Of a DNA stretch of 64,000 nucleotides, positions 18,701 through 27,378 are shown one piece after another. Position numbers and translations under genes: made by a program. Position 1 is the stretch's first letter. Every line of letters begins with the position of its first letter. Source of the stretch: Thermodesulfobacteriota bacterium (GTDB taxonomy: Bacteria; Desulfobacterota; Desulfobaccia; Desulfobaccales; 0-14-0-80-60-11); NCBI GenBank assembly GCA_049322355.1, contig JBMORG010000006.1, positions 22,495-86,494 on the forward strand, read 5' to 3'. The notes under the pieces were generated by a model. The model saw nothing but the letters and a program-made list of their open reading frames with translations. It searched no databases and was not told the DNA's origin.

Positions 18701-19117
18701 TTACGGCTGGTCCGGGATATTGAGGATTTTCATAATCTGGCGGTGGTAGTATGCCGACCAGTCGATGTTGCCCATCATCCCGAAACGGATCTTGACGGTG
18801 GTGATCTCATTGGGGCGGGCGATCAATTCCACCTTGACTGCGGTGCCATCCTGGGTCACGGCATCAATCTTAGATTGCGACGGAGTGTATTGCTGCGCGG
18901 TGATCTTTAAGTTGAGCTTTTTTGCGGCTTCCAGGGCGGCGTTGTAGGTCTCTTGCATGGGTTTGGGATAGTCTTTTTCCATGTTGCCTTCCACCCACTT
19001 ATAGGACCCAATGGCCATGGCGCCGCCGAGACCCATGAGTATGGTGGCCGGACAGCCAGCCGCCAAGGTTACTCCCACTAATAAAGCCGCTATCTTTAGC
19101 CGCCATTGTTTCCTCAT
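18701..19117 (-). CDS. Small lipoprotein (DUF3568-like)
   Basis: Lipobox LAAGC, Gly-rich stretch, then an alpha/beta domain of about 100 aa. The family assignment is from memory of the pattern. Confidence 0.5.
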   Translation of the reverse strand: MRKQWRLKIAALLVGVTLAAGCPATILMGLGGAMAIGSYKWVEGNMEKDYPKPMQETYNAALEAAKKLNLKITAQQYTPSQSKIDAVTQDGTAVKVELIARPNEITTVKIRFGMMGNIDWSAYYHRQIMKILNIPDQP

Positions 19118-19174
19118 AGTCAGAGCCTCCCTAAACCACTGTTTAACGTCTTATCCCATGAATCGCTTTGCCTG

Positions 19175-19822
19175 TCAAGCAGCCTTGCCGGTGGCCTTTT
19201 GACCGTAATCACAGTAAGGCAGCAAAGGGCAGTGAGGACAATCCGGTTTTTTGGCGGTGCAGATTTGGCGCCCATGGCAGATCATTTGGTGAGAAAATTT
19301 CACCCAGCGCTCCTTCGGGACCAGGGGCATCAGGTCAAACTCGATCTTAACCGGGTCCTTCTCTTTGGTGAGCCCCAGGCGCTGGGATACCCGGCCCATA
19401 TGGGTATCCACCACCAGCCCCGGAATGCCGAAGGCGTTGCCCAGGATTACATTGGCGGTCTTGCGGCCGATGCCCGGCAGTTTTACCAGATCATCCAGGG
19501 ACGCGGGCACCTTGCCGGCGAACTGCGCCTCCAAAGCCTGGCAGATGGCCTTGAGGCTCTTGGCCTTCTGGCGATAAAAACCGGTAGTGTAGATGGCCTG
19601 CTCCAGGTCCGTAAGGTCGGCGTTGGCGTAGTCAGATGCGGTGGAATATTGCTTGAAGATGTCGGGAGTAACCTGGTTGACCCGAACATCGGTACATTGG
19701 GCCGAAAGCACCGTGGCCACCAATAGCTCCAGGGGATTGGTGAAGTCCAGGGTGACATGGGCCTCTGGATAATGTTGATCCAACAGCTTCAAGATGGGGC
19801 CGATCTTTTTGGCCGGATCCAT
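19175..19822 (-). CDS. nth: Endonuclease III
   Basis: HhH-GPD region LPGIGRKTANVIL and the [4Fe-4S] cluster loop C-x6-C-x2-C-x5-C (CTAKKPDCPHCPLLPYC). ATG at 19822 follows GGGAGG. Confidence 0.9.
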   Translation of the reverse strand: MDPAKKIGPILKLLDQHYPEAHVTLDFTNPLELLVATVLSAQCTDVRVNQVTPDIFKQYSTASDYANADLTDLEQAIYTTGFYRQKAKSLKAICQALEAQFAGKVPASLDDLVKLPGIGRKTANVILGNAFGIPGLVVDTHMGRVSQRLGLTKEKDPVKIEFDLMPLVPKERWVKFSHQMICHGRQICTAKKPDCPHCPLLPYCDYGQKATGKAA

Positions 19823-19882
19823 AACAGTCCTCCCATTGCACAGGCTTTCCGCCCGTAAGGAAGTCACTTAAGCAGTTAGCAT

Positions 19883-21487
19883 TTACCTAACTGCTTTTCG
19901 GCAAAACCTGCTCCGGACATGCTGCAACAGCTCCTGGAATTCCGGGATCTGTAACCTTGACACCATGGCCGCATAGAGGACCATCCCCACCACGATTACC
20001 CCGCCCAGGCTCAAGATTTGACCCATTAAACCTGATCCTAACCAGGCAGAGGCGTAGCCATGGAGCCAGTAAACCACCAAGCCCATAATGACGCCGGCCC
20101 CGGTTCCCTTAAGCAGCGTGATCAAGAGGCTGCGCACCTGGTAACCGTTTACCTTGTGGTAGAGGACGGCAGCAAGAAAAAGAAAGTTCAAAACCATGCT
20201 CAATGAGGTGGAAAGGGCAATGGCCCGGTGCTGCAACGGCGCCAGGGTGATCTGGATCAACGCCAGGTTGGCGGCCACCGTCACAAAGGAGCCGATGACC
20301 GGGACGCGGGTGTCATCCAGGGCGTAGAACACCGGCACCATGATCTTGACCCCGGCAAAGGCCGCCAGCCCCAGGGCATAAAGCGCCAGGGCCGCTGCAG
20401 TTTGATGGGTATCCAGCGCGGTGAATTGGCCGTGCTGGTATATGAGAGCAATAATGGGCTGGGCCAGAAAAATCAGCCCGCAGGCTGCGGGCAGAGTAAC
20501 CAGGATAGCCAGGGATAGGGAGGATTGCAGGGCATCCCGCAGAGCGCCCAGATCCTTGTTGGAGGCATGGCGAGAGACCACCGGGAGGGTGGCGACCATC
20601 AGGGCCACGCCGAACAGTCCCATGGGCAGGTGGAACAAACGATAGGCGTAGTTGAGCCAGGAGATGCTGCCCTGGACGCAACTGGAGGCATAGAAGGTAT
20701 TAATGAAGATATTGATCTGGGTGGCGGACAGGCCCACCACTGCGGGGAGCATCAGTTTGACGATGCGCTTGAGACCCGGTTCCCTGAAGTCCAGGACCCA
20801 ACTGAGCCTGAAACCTACCCGCCATAAGAGAGGCAGCTGGACCGCCAGTTGCAAAAATCCCCCTACCAATGCACCCCAGGCCATGCCGACAATGGGCTCT
20901 ACCCCGAAGCGGGGCGCCACCAGGCTCAGGCTCACCCCAACAACGACGGCACCCAGGTTAAAAAAACTGGAGGCCAGGGAGGGGATGAAAAATTTGCCTT
21001 TGGTGTTGAGGATTCCCATGGCCAGGGCCGCCAGGGATACCAGTACCAAAAAGGGAAACATAATCCGGGTCATCAGGGTGGTCAGGGCCAGCTTCCCCGG
21101 AACTGTGCCGAACTCCGGGGCCATAATCCCCGTGATTTCGGGAGAAAAGAGCATGCCCACCAGGACCAGCAGGCTTAAAAGCAGAGTGAAGCAGAAGATG
21201 ACGTTGTTGGCCAGCCGCCAAGTCTGTGCCGGCCCCAGGCGCTGGTCGTAATCGGTGAAAACGGTGACGAAGGCGGAACTCAAGGCGCCTTCGGCAAACA
21301 GGTCCCGCATCAGGTTGGGAATCCGAAAGGCGACGACGTAAGCGTCAAAAGCAAAGCCCGCGCCAAAGAGGGCGGCGAAGACCTGTTCCCTTACCAAGCC
21401 GAGAATCCGGCTGGCAAAGACCGCAAGGCTCACCGTACCCGCAGCCCGGGCGATTTTTCCGGTTTGAGAGGCTGACTCCTGGGGCAA
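19883..21487 (-). CDS. murJ: Lipid II flippase MurJ
   Basis: SRILGLVREQVFAALFGAG ... AFRIPNLMRDLFAEGALSSAFV. 534-aa polytopic protein. Confidence 0.9.
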   Translation of the reverse strand: MPQESASQTGKIARAAGTVSLAVFASRILGLVREQVFAALFGAGFAFDAYVVAFRIPNLMRDLFAEGALSSAFVTVFTDYDQRLGPAQTWRLANNVIFCFTLLLSLLVLVGMLFSPEITGIMAPEFGTVPGKLALTTLMTRIMFPFLVLVSLAALAMGILNTKGKFFIPSLASSFFNLGAVVVGVSLSLVAPRFGVEPIVGMAWGALVGGFLQLAVQLPLLWRVGFRLSWVLDFREPGLKRIVKLMLPAVVGLSATQINIFINTFYASSCVQGSISWLNYAYRLFHLPMGLFGVALMVATLPVVSRHASNKDLGALRDALQSSLSLAILVTLPAACGLIFLAQPIIALIYQHGQFTALDTHQTAAALALYALGLAAFAGVKIMVPVFYALDDTRVPVIGSFVTVAANLALIQITLAPLQHRAIALSTSLSMVLNFLFLAAVLYHKVNGYQVRSLLITLLKGTGAGVIMGLVVYWLHGYASAWLGSGLMGQILSLGGVIVVGMVLYAAMVSRLQIPEFQELLQHVRSRFCRKAVR

Positions 21488-21632
21488 CGGTTACCCTGCC
21501 GGGAGAGCAAGCAACTGAGCCTGCAGGTTCCGCTTCCAGGTCAGGAAGGCAAAGTTCTTAAGAAATATTGGCAAGTGGCGGATCACCACGGCTGCGGAAC
21601 GGATTCGGCGCCGATACTTGACCCCTGGCGCT

Positions 21633-22196
21633 CTATCCTGCATTGGTCTGCCCGGTTTTTAGGGCGGTAGACCGTTTCTTTTTCTTAGCGCTGCCCTTGA
21701 CAGCCGACTTGTCTTTCTTGGATGCAGGAGTCAAGATCTTGGCGACCTTAGCGGATTTGCCTGACTTATCCTGAAGGCTTGTGGGTTGGGACTTTTTGGC
21801 GGCCCGAATCGGCCGGGGTCTGATAAACTTCTTTTCCGGCTCTATCTGGCCGGCCGGGGTTTCCGGATGCAACAAGGCATAGACCGGCTGTTCCCCACCC
21901 CCCGGATTTTGGGCTTTCACCGGTGGAAATTCCACCCGATCCAGCCGGTCCGGCCAGCCCTCGGCATACACGGTCCCCAGAAACCCGGCGAGTTTTAGAC
22001 GCTGCTCTGTTTTATCAGGGGCCAGCCAGAAACAAAGAATCAACCCCAATCCAACGACGCCACCCATCAGGGCAAACCCGCTGAGCTTACTCCCTTGGCT
22101 GCGGTTGCGAGGGTGGCCACCCTTGCGCTGCAAAATAAAGGAAAACAGGGCGTACATCCCGTAAGCCAGCAAAATTACGGCTAAAGTAGGAACCAC
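21633..22196 (-). CDS. Hypothetical membrane protein with Lys-rich C-terminus
   Basis: Two predicted TM segments, no recognised domain. Coding status inferred from ORF length and position only. Confidence 0.4.
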   Translation of the reverse strand: MVPTLAVILLAYGMYALFSFILQRKGGHPRNRSQGSKLSGFALMGGVVGLGLILCFWLAPDKTEQRLKLAGFLGTVYAEGWPDRLDRVEFPPVKAQNPGGGEQPVYALLHPETPAGQIEPEKKFIRPRPIRAAKKSQPTSLQDKSGKSAKVAKILTPASKKDKSAVKGSAKKKKRSTALKTGQTNAG

Positions 22197-22285
22197 CAGT
22201 TCTCCTCAAGCTAAAGTTAATACAGCATAACAATAAAATTTTTTCGAAGTCAACTTTTTTCCCGCGTCCTTGTATTGAGCGGATT

Positions 22286-22331
22286 TGACATATGTCATTT
22301 TATTGACACAAAAGCCACTTTGGTGTATCCT
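22286..22331 (+). promoter_or_regulatory. Promoter-like TTGACA-N17-TATCCT preceded by perfect palindrome TGACATATGTCA
   Basis: Palindrome at 22286-22297, -35 at 22303-22308, -10 at 22326-22331, upstream of the response-regulator gene. Confidence 0.4.
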
Positions 22332-22354
22332 ACATTAACATCAGGAGATCGTTC

Positions 22355-23785
22355 ATGAAACAGGAAAACGCCTCCATCCTGGTGGTAGATGATGATCCGG
22401 CCCTGCTCCAGAGCCTGAAAGAAATTCTGGAAGCCGAGGGCTATGAGGTTACCACCGCCATCGACGGCGAACAAGGTTTACTTCGGTTAAGAGAACAGGC
22501 TTTTGACCTGGTGCTGAGTGACCTGGCCATGCCCGGCCTGGACGGCATGGAACTGCTAAAACACGTCAAGCGCGAATTGCCCGAGTGCCCCTGCATCATC
22601 ATCACCGGTTACGGGTCTATCGAAAACGCAGTTGCCGCGATCCGCCAGGGGGCCTATGACTACTTTACCAAGCCGGTGGATGCCACCGAACTTCGCCTGG
22701 TAGTGGGCCGGGCCCTGGAACACCGCCGCCTCAAATGGGAAAATCTGCACCTAAAGAAACAGCTTCACCGGCGGTTCGGATTCGGCAACATGGTGGGCAA
22801 CAGCGAACCCATGATCCGGGTCTTCGACCTGATTCGCAAAGTGGCGGACAGTGACAGCAACGTCTTGATCCTGGGCGAATCCGGTACCGGCAAGGAGCTC
22901 ATCGCCCACGCCATCCATTATAATAGCCCCCGCCGGGAAGGGCCCCTGATCCCGGTCAACTGCGCCGCGATTCCCGAGGACCTCCTGGAGAGCGAACTCT
23001 TCGGGCACGAACGAGGCGCCTTTACCCACGCGGTGCGCACCCGCATCGGCCGCTTCGAACAGGCCAACGGCGGCACCATCTTTTTAGATGAAATCTCAGA
23101 GATGAGCCCCGGCCTCCAGGTAAAGATACTTCGGGTCCTGCAGGATCACTCCTTTGAAAGGATCGGTGGCATCAAAACCATCCGGGTGGATATCCGGGTG
23201 ATCGCCGCCACCAACCGCAACCTGGAAGAACTGGTGAGCCAGAACAAATTCCGGGAAGACCTGTTCTACCGCCTGAATGTCATTCCTATTGCGGTGCCCC
23301 CGTTGCGGGAGCGGACTTCCGATATCCCGCTGTTGGTGCAACACTTCCTGCACATATTTAGCCGCACCAAGAAGAAACCCCTCAAACGTCTCAGCCCCGC
23401 GGTTTCCGACTTGCTCTGCCAGTATCCCTGGCCGGGCAATGTCCGGGAATTGGAAAACCTCATGGAACGCCTGGTCATCCTTACCGAAGGGGAAATTATT
23501 GAGATCCCCGACTTGCCCGAGAAGTTTCAGCGCCTGGTCTTGCCTCCCCCGGAGAAGCCCACAGATTTTCCCGAGCGGGGTATTCATTTTACCGATGCAG
23601 TGGCCTCCTTCGAGCGCAACCTGATTCTCAAGGCCCTGCGCCAAACCAACTGGGTAAAAAGCCAGGCAGCCCAACTCCTTCATCTCAACCGCACAACCTT
23701 GCTGGAAAAGATGAAAAAGCAAAACATCCCCTCTAGTCCCGAATCCACCCCCCGGCCTGAGAAATTCTTCAAAGATTCGGCTTAA
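22355..23785 (+). CDS. Sigma54-dependent response regulator (NtrC family: REC + AAA+ + Fis-type HTH)
   Basis: REC domain with DLVLSDLAMPGLDG. Walker A GESGTGKE. GAFTGA-loop variant GAFTHA. C-terminal HTH QAAQLLHLNRTTLLEKMKK. Confidence 0.9.
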   Translation: MKQENASILVVDDDPALLQSLKEILEAEGYEVTTAIDGEQGLLRLREQAFDLVLSDLAMPGLDGMELLKHVKRELPECPCIIITGYGSIENAVAAIRQGAYDYFTKPVDATELRLVVGRALEHRRLKWENLHLKKQLHRRFGFGNMVGNSEPMIRVFDLIRKVADSDSNVLILGESGTGKELIAHAIHYNSPRREGPLIPVNCAAIPEDLLESELFGHERGAFTHAVRTRIGRFEQANGGTIFLDEISEMSPGLQVKILRVLQDHSFERIGGIKTIRVDIRVIAATNRNLEELVSQNKFREDLFYRLNVIPIAVPPLRERTSDIPLLVQHFLHIFSRTKKKPLKRLSPAVSDLLCQYPWPGNVRELENLMERLVILTEGEIIEIPDLPEKFQRLVLPPPEKPTDFPERGIHFTDAVASFERNLILKALRQTNWVKSQAAQLLHLNRTTLLEKMKKQNIPSSPESTPRPEKFFKDSA

Positions 23786-23803
23786 TAGGGTTCAACAGGC
23801 TTT

Positions 23804-23873
23804 CCAGCCTATGCAAACGCACGGTAAAGCCTGCAGCTACATTTTGCAAGAGGCTCTTTTGGCAATTGCTATA
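23804..23873. repeat. Repeat family C, copy C2 (inverted relative to C1)
   Basis: Reverse complement aligns with 1261-1330 at 58 of 70 positions. Confidence 0.8.
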
Positions 23874-24043
23874 AGTTAATCTTGCACAGCTTTTTCTTTA
23901 GAAGCAATCTTTCTTTGCTGATTATCGTGGTTATATTGAACGCCATATTGGTGGTTAACCGCGAAAAAAACCTGTCCGGGCCACCGGTTGTGGCTGGAAA
24001 AAAGATATGTTAGGTTAGCGACAATCTTTCTGGAGGTGAGGTT

Positions 24044-24418
24044 ATGGCTGAAGCCTTTCCGGCCACCCAACGCGAGGCTATTTTGGTTTTCCATTTTGCC
24101 GACCGGGTTAAAGCCGAACTCCTGCTGGCATCCCGCTTACTCAACAGCGTGACCCTGATGGAAGGCTTGGAAAAGGAAGGGGCGGGCAAGCTCTTTGTGG
24201 ACTTTCTCAAGGGCTTGGAACAGGAGATCAACCTGGCCCAGGTGCAGATCGGTGACCCCGAGATGATTCGGGTGCGTACCGTGATGACGGGACTCATCGG
24301 CATGGCCGATTCCAACATGTTCGCCGACATCCAGTCCCATATTACCTGGATGATCAGCACCATGGCAACCTATGCCCAGCGGGCCATGGAATATCTTGTA
24401 CGAGAGAAGTTGTTGTAG
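24044..24418 (+). CDS. Hypothetical protein, 124 aa
   Basis: ATG preceded by GGAGGTGAGG. Helical-looking sequence with no recognised motif. Confidence 0.5.
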   Translation: MAEAFPATQREAILVFHFADRVKAELLLASRLLNSVTLMEGLEKEGAGKLFVDFLKGLEQEINLAQVQIGDPEMIRVRTVMTGLIGMADSNMFADIQSHITWMISTMATYAQRAMEYLVREKLL

Positions 24419-24782
24419 GCTGCAAACTCTTGACTAAACCGCCCTTCTGGGTGAGGAGTTTAGGGGTACAGCGCCATCATTCATCTTTTTTACCTCGGCC
24501 CTCAGGGTTAAAATCCAGGGAAAAAGCCAACCGGAGGATCGCCTGGGCCGGGCCGGGGCTGGACACGTGCCAGGCCATCGCGAAGTGCCCTCACCTTATA
24601 ACCAGGCAGGCGGCACCTGCCGGCGCGTTGCACTCGCCCCTGTGCTATGGTTGTACCTCACCTTCGTCCCAGGGTTGGTTCCCCTCTTTCGACAGAAATG
24701 CTTTTTAAGGGATAGCTGGATTTTTTCCCTGCGGCCTGGACTCTCAAGAAGTCAAATTTAGTGGCAGAAGGCAGGAGAGTGG

Positions 24783-27113
24783 ATGGCGCAGCGTTCCTGG
24801 AAAATACTGGCTGGCATCATTCTGATCCTGGCAACCGTGATCGTTTATGCAGACCTGAGTAACCATCAGTTTATCAGCTTTGATGACAATCTTTACGTCA
24901 CTGATAATCCCACGGTTCAGAGAGGGCTCACCCTCCAGGGGGTCACCTGGGCTTTTACTACCTTCCATGCCGGTAATTGGATACCTCTGACCTGGCTCTC
25001 TCACATGGTGAACTGTCAGTTGTTCGGGTTGAACCCAAGAGGCCACCTATTAACCAACTTACTTCTCCATGTCGCCAATACCCTGCTTTTGTTTTCATTT
25101 TTTCTCCGGACTACCCAAGCCCTGGGGCCCAGTTTTCTGGTAGCCGCCCTGTTTGCCCTTCATCCGCTCCACGTGGAGTCGGTGGCCTGGGTGTCAGAAC
25201 GCAAAGATGTCTTGAGCACCTTCTTCTGGCTGCTTACCATGTGGGCCTACGTCTGGTACCTCAAGTCTCCGGGGATACAGCGCTACCTGGCAGTTTTGCT
25301 CTGTTTCGGCTTGGGGCTGATGTCCAAGCCCATGCTGGTAACCCTGCCCTTTGTGCTGCTGCTCTTGGACTACTGGCCTTTGGGGCGTTGGCAACTCAAT
25401 GGTGCAACTGGGGCGAATCCGGTTGCTAACCGAGTGTCGCGAACCGATCGCAAGGTTCCCCTCTCCCGCTTAATCTTGGAGAAAGTGCCTCTTTTAGTCC
25501 TGGTGGTGATGTTCGGCTTGATTTCCTTCCATGCACAAAAAGTGTCTGGAGCAGTAACGTCGGTGGAAAATTTCCCCATTGCCGCTCGCCTGAGCAATGC
25601 TCTGATAGCCTATGTCAGTTATATGGGAATGATGATCTGGCCCGCTCATTTGGGCGTCTATTATCCACTTATAGAGGAGGATATCACCTTTGGGTCGGCG
25701 CTGGGGGCCGGGCTCATATTGCTGTTTCTTTCTTCAGCAATAATCTGGCAGGCTCGGCGACGTCTTTATCTTCCGGTGGGGTGGCTGTGGTACTTGGGAA
25801 CCCTGGTGCCGGTCATCGGCTTGGTGCAGATAGGCAATCAGGCCCTGGCGGACCGCTACACCTATGTTCCCCTCATCGGTCTTTTTCTCATAATTGCCTA
25901 TGGGTTAAGTGACCTCGTAGCCGGCTGGCCCCGGCTGAAGACCCTTGTGCCCCTGGGGATTGGGATTCTCTTGGCTGCCCTGGCCCTTTGTACCTATCGG
26001 CAGGTGGGCTACTGGCATGACTCGCAGTCTCTATACGAACATACCCTGCGAATAACGAGAAACAATTATTTGATCAATTACAACCTCGGAAACAGATGGT
26101 ATGCGCAAGGCAAGCTTGAATCGGCCATTTCTTGCTATACCGAGGCCCTGCGAATCTTTCCCGATTATTTCGAGGCGCATAACAACCTGGGGCTGGCTCT
26201 GCAGGCGCAAGGCAAGGCGGAGCAGGCAATTTTCCACTATAACGAGGCCCTGCGAATCAACCCTGATTTTGACAAGGCGCACAATAACCTGGGGCTGGCC
26301 TTGTATACGCAAGGCAAGGTGGAGCCGGCAATTTCCCACTATAACGAGGCCTTACGGCTCCGCCCCCATTACCCCGAGGCGCATAATAACCTTGGTATGG
26401 CCTTATATGCGCAAGGCAAGGTGGACTCGGCAATTTCCCACTATAACGAGGCCCTGCGGCTCCAGCCTGGCTTTGCCCAGGCCCACTATAACTTAGGGCT
26501 GGCCTTGCAGGCGCAGGGCAGGACGGAGCCGGCAATTTCCCACTTTACCGAGGCCTTGCGAATTAACCCTGATTTTGACAAGGCCCATAACCAACTGGGG
26601 TTGGCCTTGTATACGCAAGGCAAGGTGGAGCAGGCAATTTTTCATTATTCCGAGGTCTTGCGGCTCCAGCCCAATAATTTCAAAGCACATAACAACCTGG
26701 GAATTGCCTTGGCTTCCCAGGGCAAACTGGAGCAGGCGATCCAGCATTACCGGCAGGCCTTACATCTGAAACCCGACTATGCTCAGGCTTTGAATAACCT
26801 GGCCTATGTTCTGGCCACGGCTGCCGACCAGAAATTTCGTGACGGCCCCGCAGCGGTGCAACTTGCTGAAAAAGCCAACCGGCTCACCGGATTTAGCCAA
26901 CCAGAGACGGTAGACACCCTGGCGGCGGCTTATGCGGCGGCGGGCCGCTTCCCGGAAGCTATCCAGTCCTCCCGGAAAGCTCTCAATCTCGCCCGGCGCC
27001 GCGGCCAGCCGGACCTAATCAAACAAATTACCGACAGGATGTATCTCTACCAGGCAGGCCTGCCATTCCGCGCCAGCTCATCAGCTTCCCACCTCCGTGA
27101 GGAGTCGCGCTAG
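24783..27113 (+). CDS. Membrane GT-C-fold glycosyltransferase-like domain (PMT/ArnT/TMTC-like) fused to a C-terminal TPR array
   Basis: About 420 aa of multi-TM N-terminus (FDDNLYVTDNP, HAGNWIPLTWLSH) followed by at least 8 TPR units. 776 aa. Confidence 0.75.
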   Translation: MAQRSWKILAGIILILATVIVYADLSNHQFISFDDNLYVTDNPTVQRGLTLQGVTWAFTTFHAGNWIPLTWLSHMVNCQLFGLNPRGHLLTNLLLHVANTLLLFSFFLRTTQALGPSFLVAALFALHPLHVESVAWVSERKDVLSTFFWLLTMWAYVWYLKSPGIQRYLAVLLCFGLGLMSKPMLVTLPFVLLLLDYWPLGRWQLNGATGANPVANRVSRTDRKVPLSRLILEKVPLLVLVVMFGLISFHAQKVSGAVTSVENFPIAARLSNALIAYVSYMGMMIWPAHLGVYYPLIEEDITFGSALGAGLILLFLSSAIIWQARRRLYLPVGWLWYLGTLVPVIGLVQIGNQALADRYTYVPLIGLFLIIAYGLSDLVAGWPRLKTLVPLGIGILLAALALCTYRQVGYWHDSQSLYEHTLRITRNNYLINYNLGNRWYAQGKLESAISCYTEALRIFPDYFEAHNNLGLALQAQGKAEQAIFHYNEALRINPDFDKAHNNLGLALYTQGKVEPAISHYNEALRLRPHYPEAHNNLGMALYAQGKVDSAISHYNEALRLQPGFAQAHYNLGLALQAQGRTEPAISHFTEALRINPDFDKAHNQLGLALYTQGKVEQAIFHYSEVLRLQPNNFKAHNNLGIALASQGKLEQAIQHYRQALHLKPDYAQALNNLAYVLATAADQKFRDGPAAVQLAEKANRLTGFSQPETVDTLAAAYAAAGRFPEAIQSSRKALNLARRRGQPDLIKQITDRMYLYQAGLPFRASSSASHLREESR
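26080..26795 (+). repeat. Tandem 102-nt (34-aa TPR) repeats, 7 units, with a 306-nt higher-order duplication
   Basis: The ccctgattttgacaaggc...ttgtatacgcaaggcaaggtggagc block occurs at 26261 and again at 26567. Confidence 0.85.
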
Positions 27114-27209
27114 TCCTTCACCCGGCGCAACCCTCTCTGGGATAACAAATGTTAAACATAAAATTCGCGCATTAATGGGTAGCACCATTTCTGATTATCA
27201 CTGCATTTT

Positions 27210-27291
27210 GTCACCCTGAGCCGAAGGCGCAGGGTCTCTGTATTTCTACAAAGAGGTGAGTCTTCGCCACCTACAGCCGCTCACAATGACA
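27210..27291. repeat. Repeat family D, copy D2
   Basis: gtcaccctgagccgaaggcgcagggtctc ... gagtcttcgcc..gctcacaatgaca. Confidence 0.7.
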
Positions 27292-27378
27292 AATTTGGGA
27301 AAATACAGGATACTCGCAGAAATCAATATCGCGTTGAGTTGTATTGCATGGTTTATCCATGCTTGGCGTTGTCTCGCC

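Noticed and set aside
24430-24782. 350-nt GC-rich gap with two small ORFs (92 and 64 aa). Also checked for a sigma54 promoter (ctGGattttttccctGC) upstream of the GT-C/TPR gene
   Set aside because: The ORFs have no SD or motifs. The GG..GC spacing is 11 nt rather than 10, and the flanking bases do not match TGGCAC/TTGC. No recognisable RNA family signature (SRP, RNase P, tmRNA, 6S) was seen by eye.
26031-26769. Several 64-131-aa ORFs in other frames and strands across the TPR array
   Set aside because: Artefacts of the 102-nt periodic repeat, which keeps alternative frames open.
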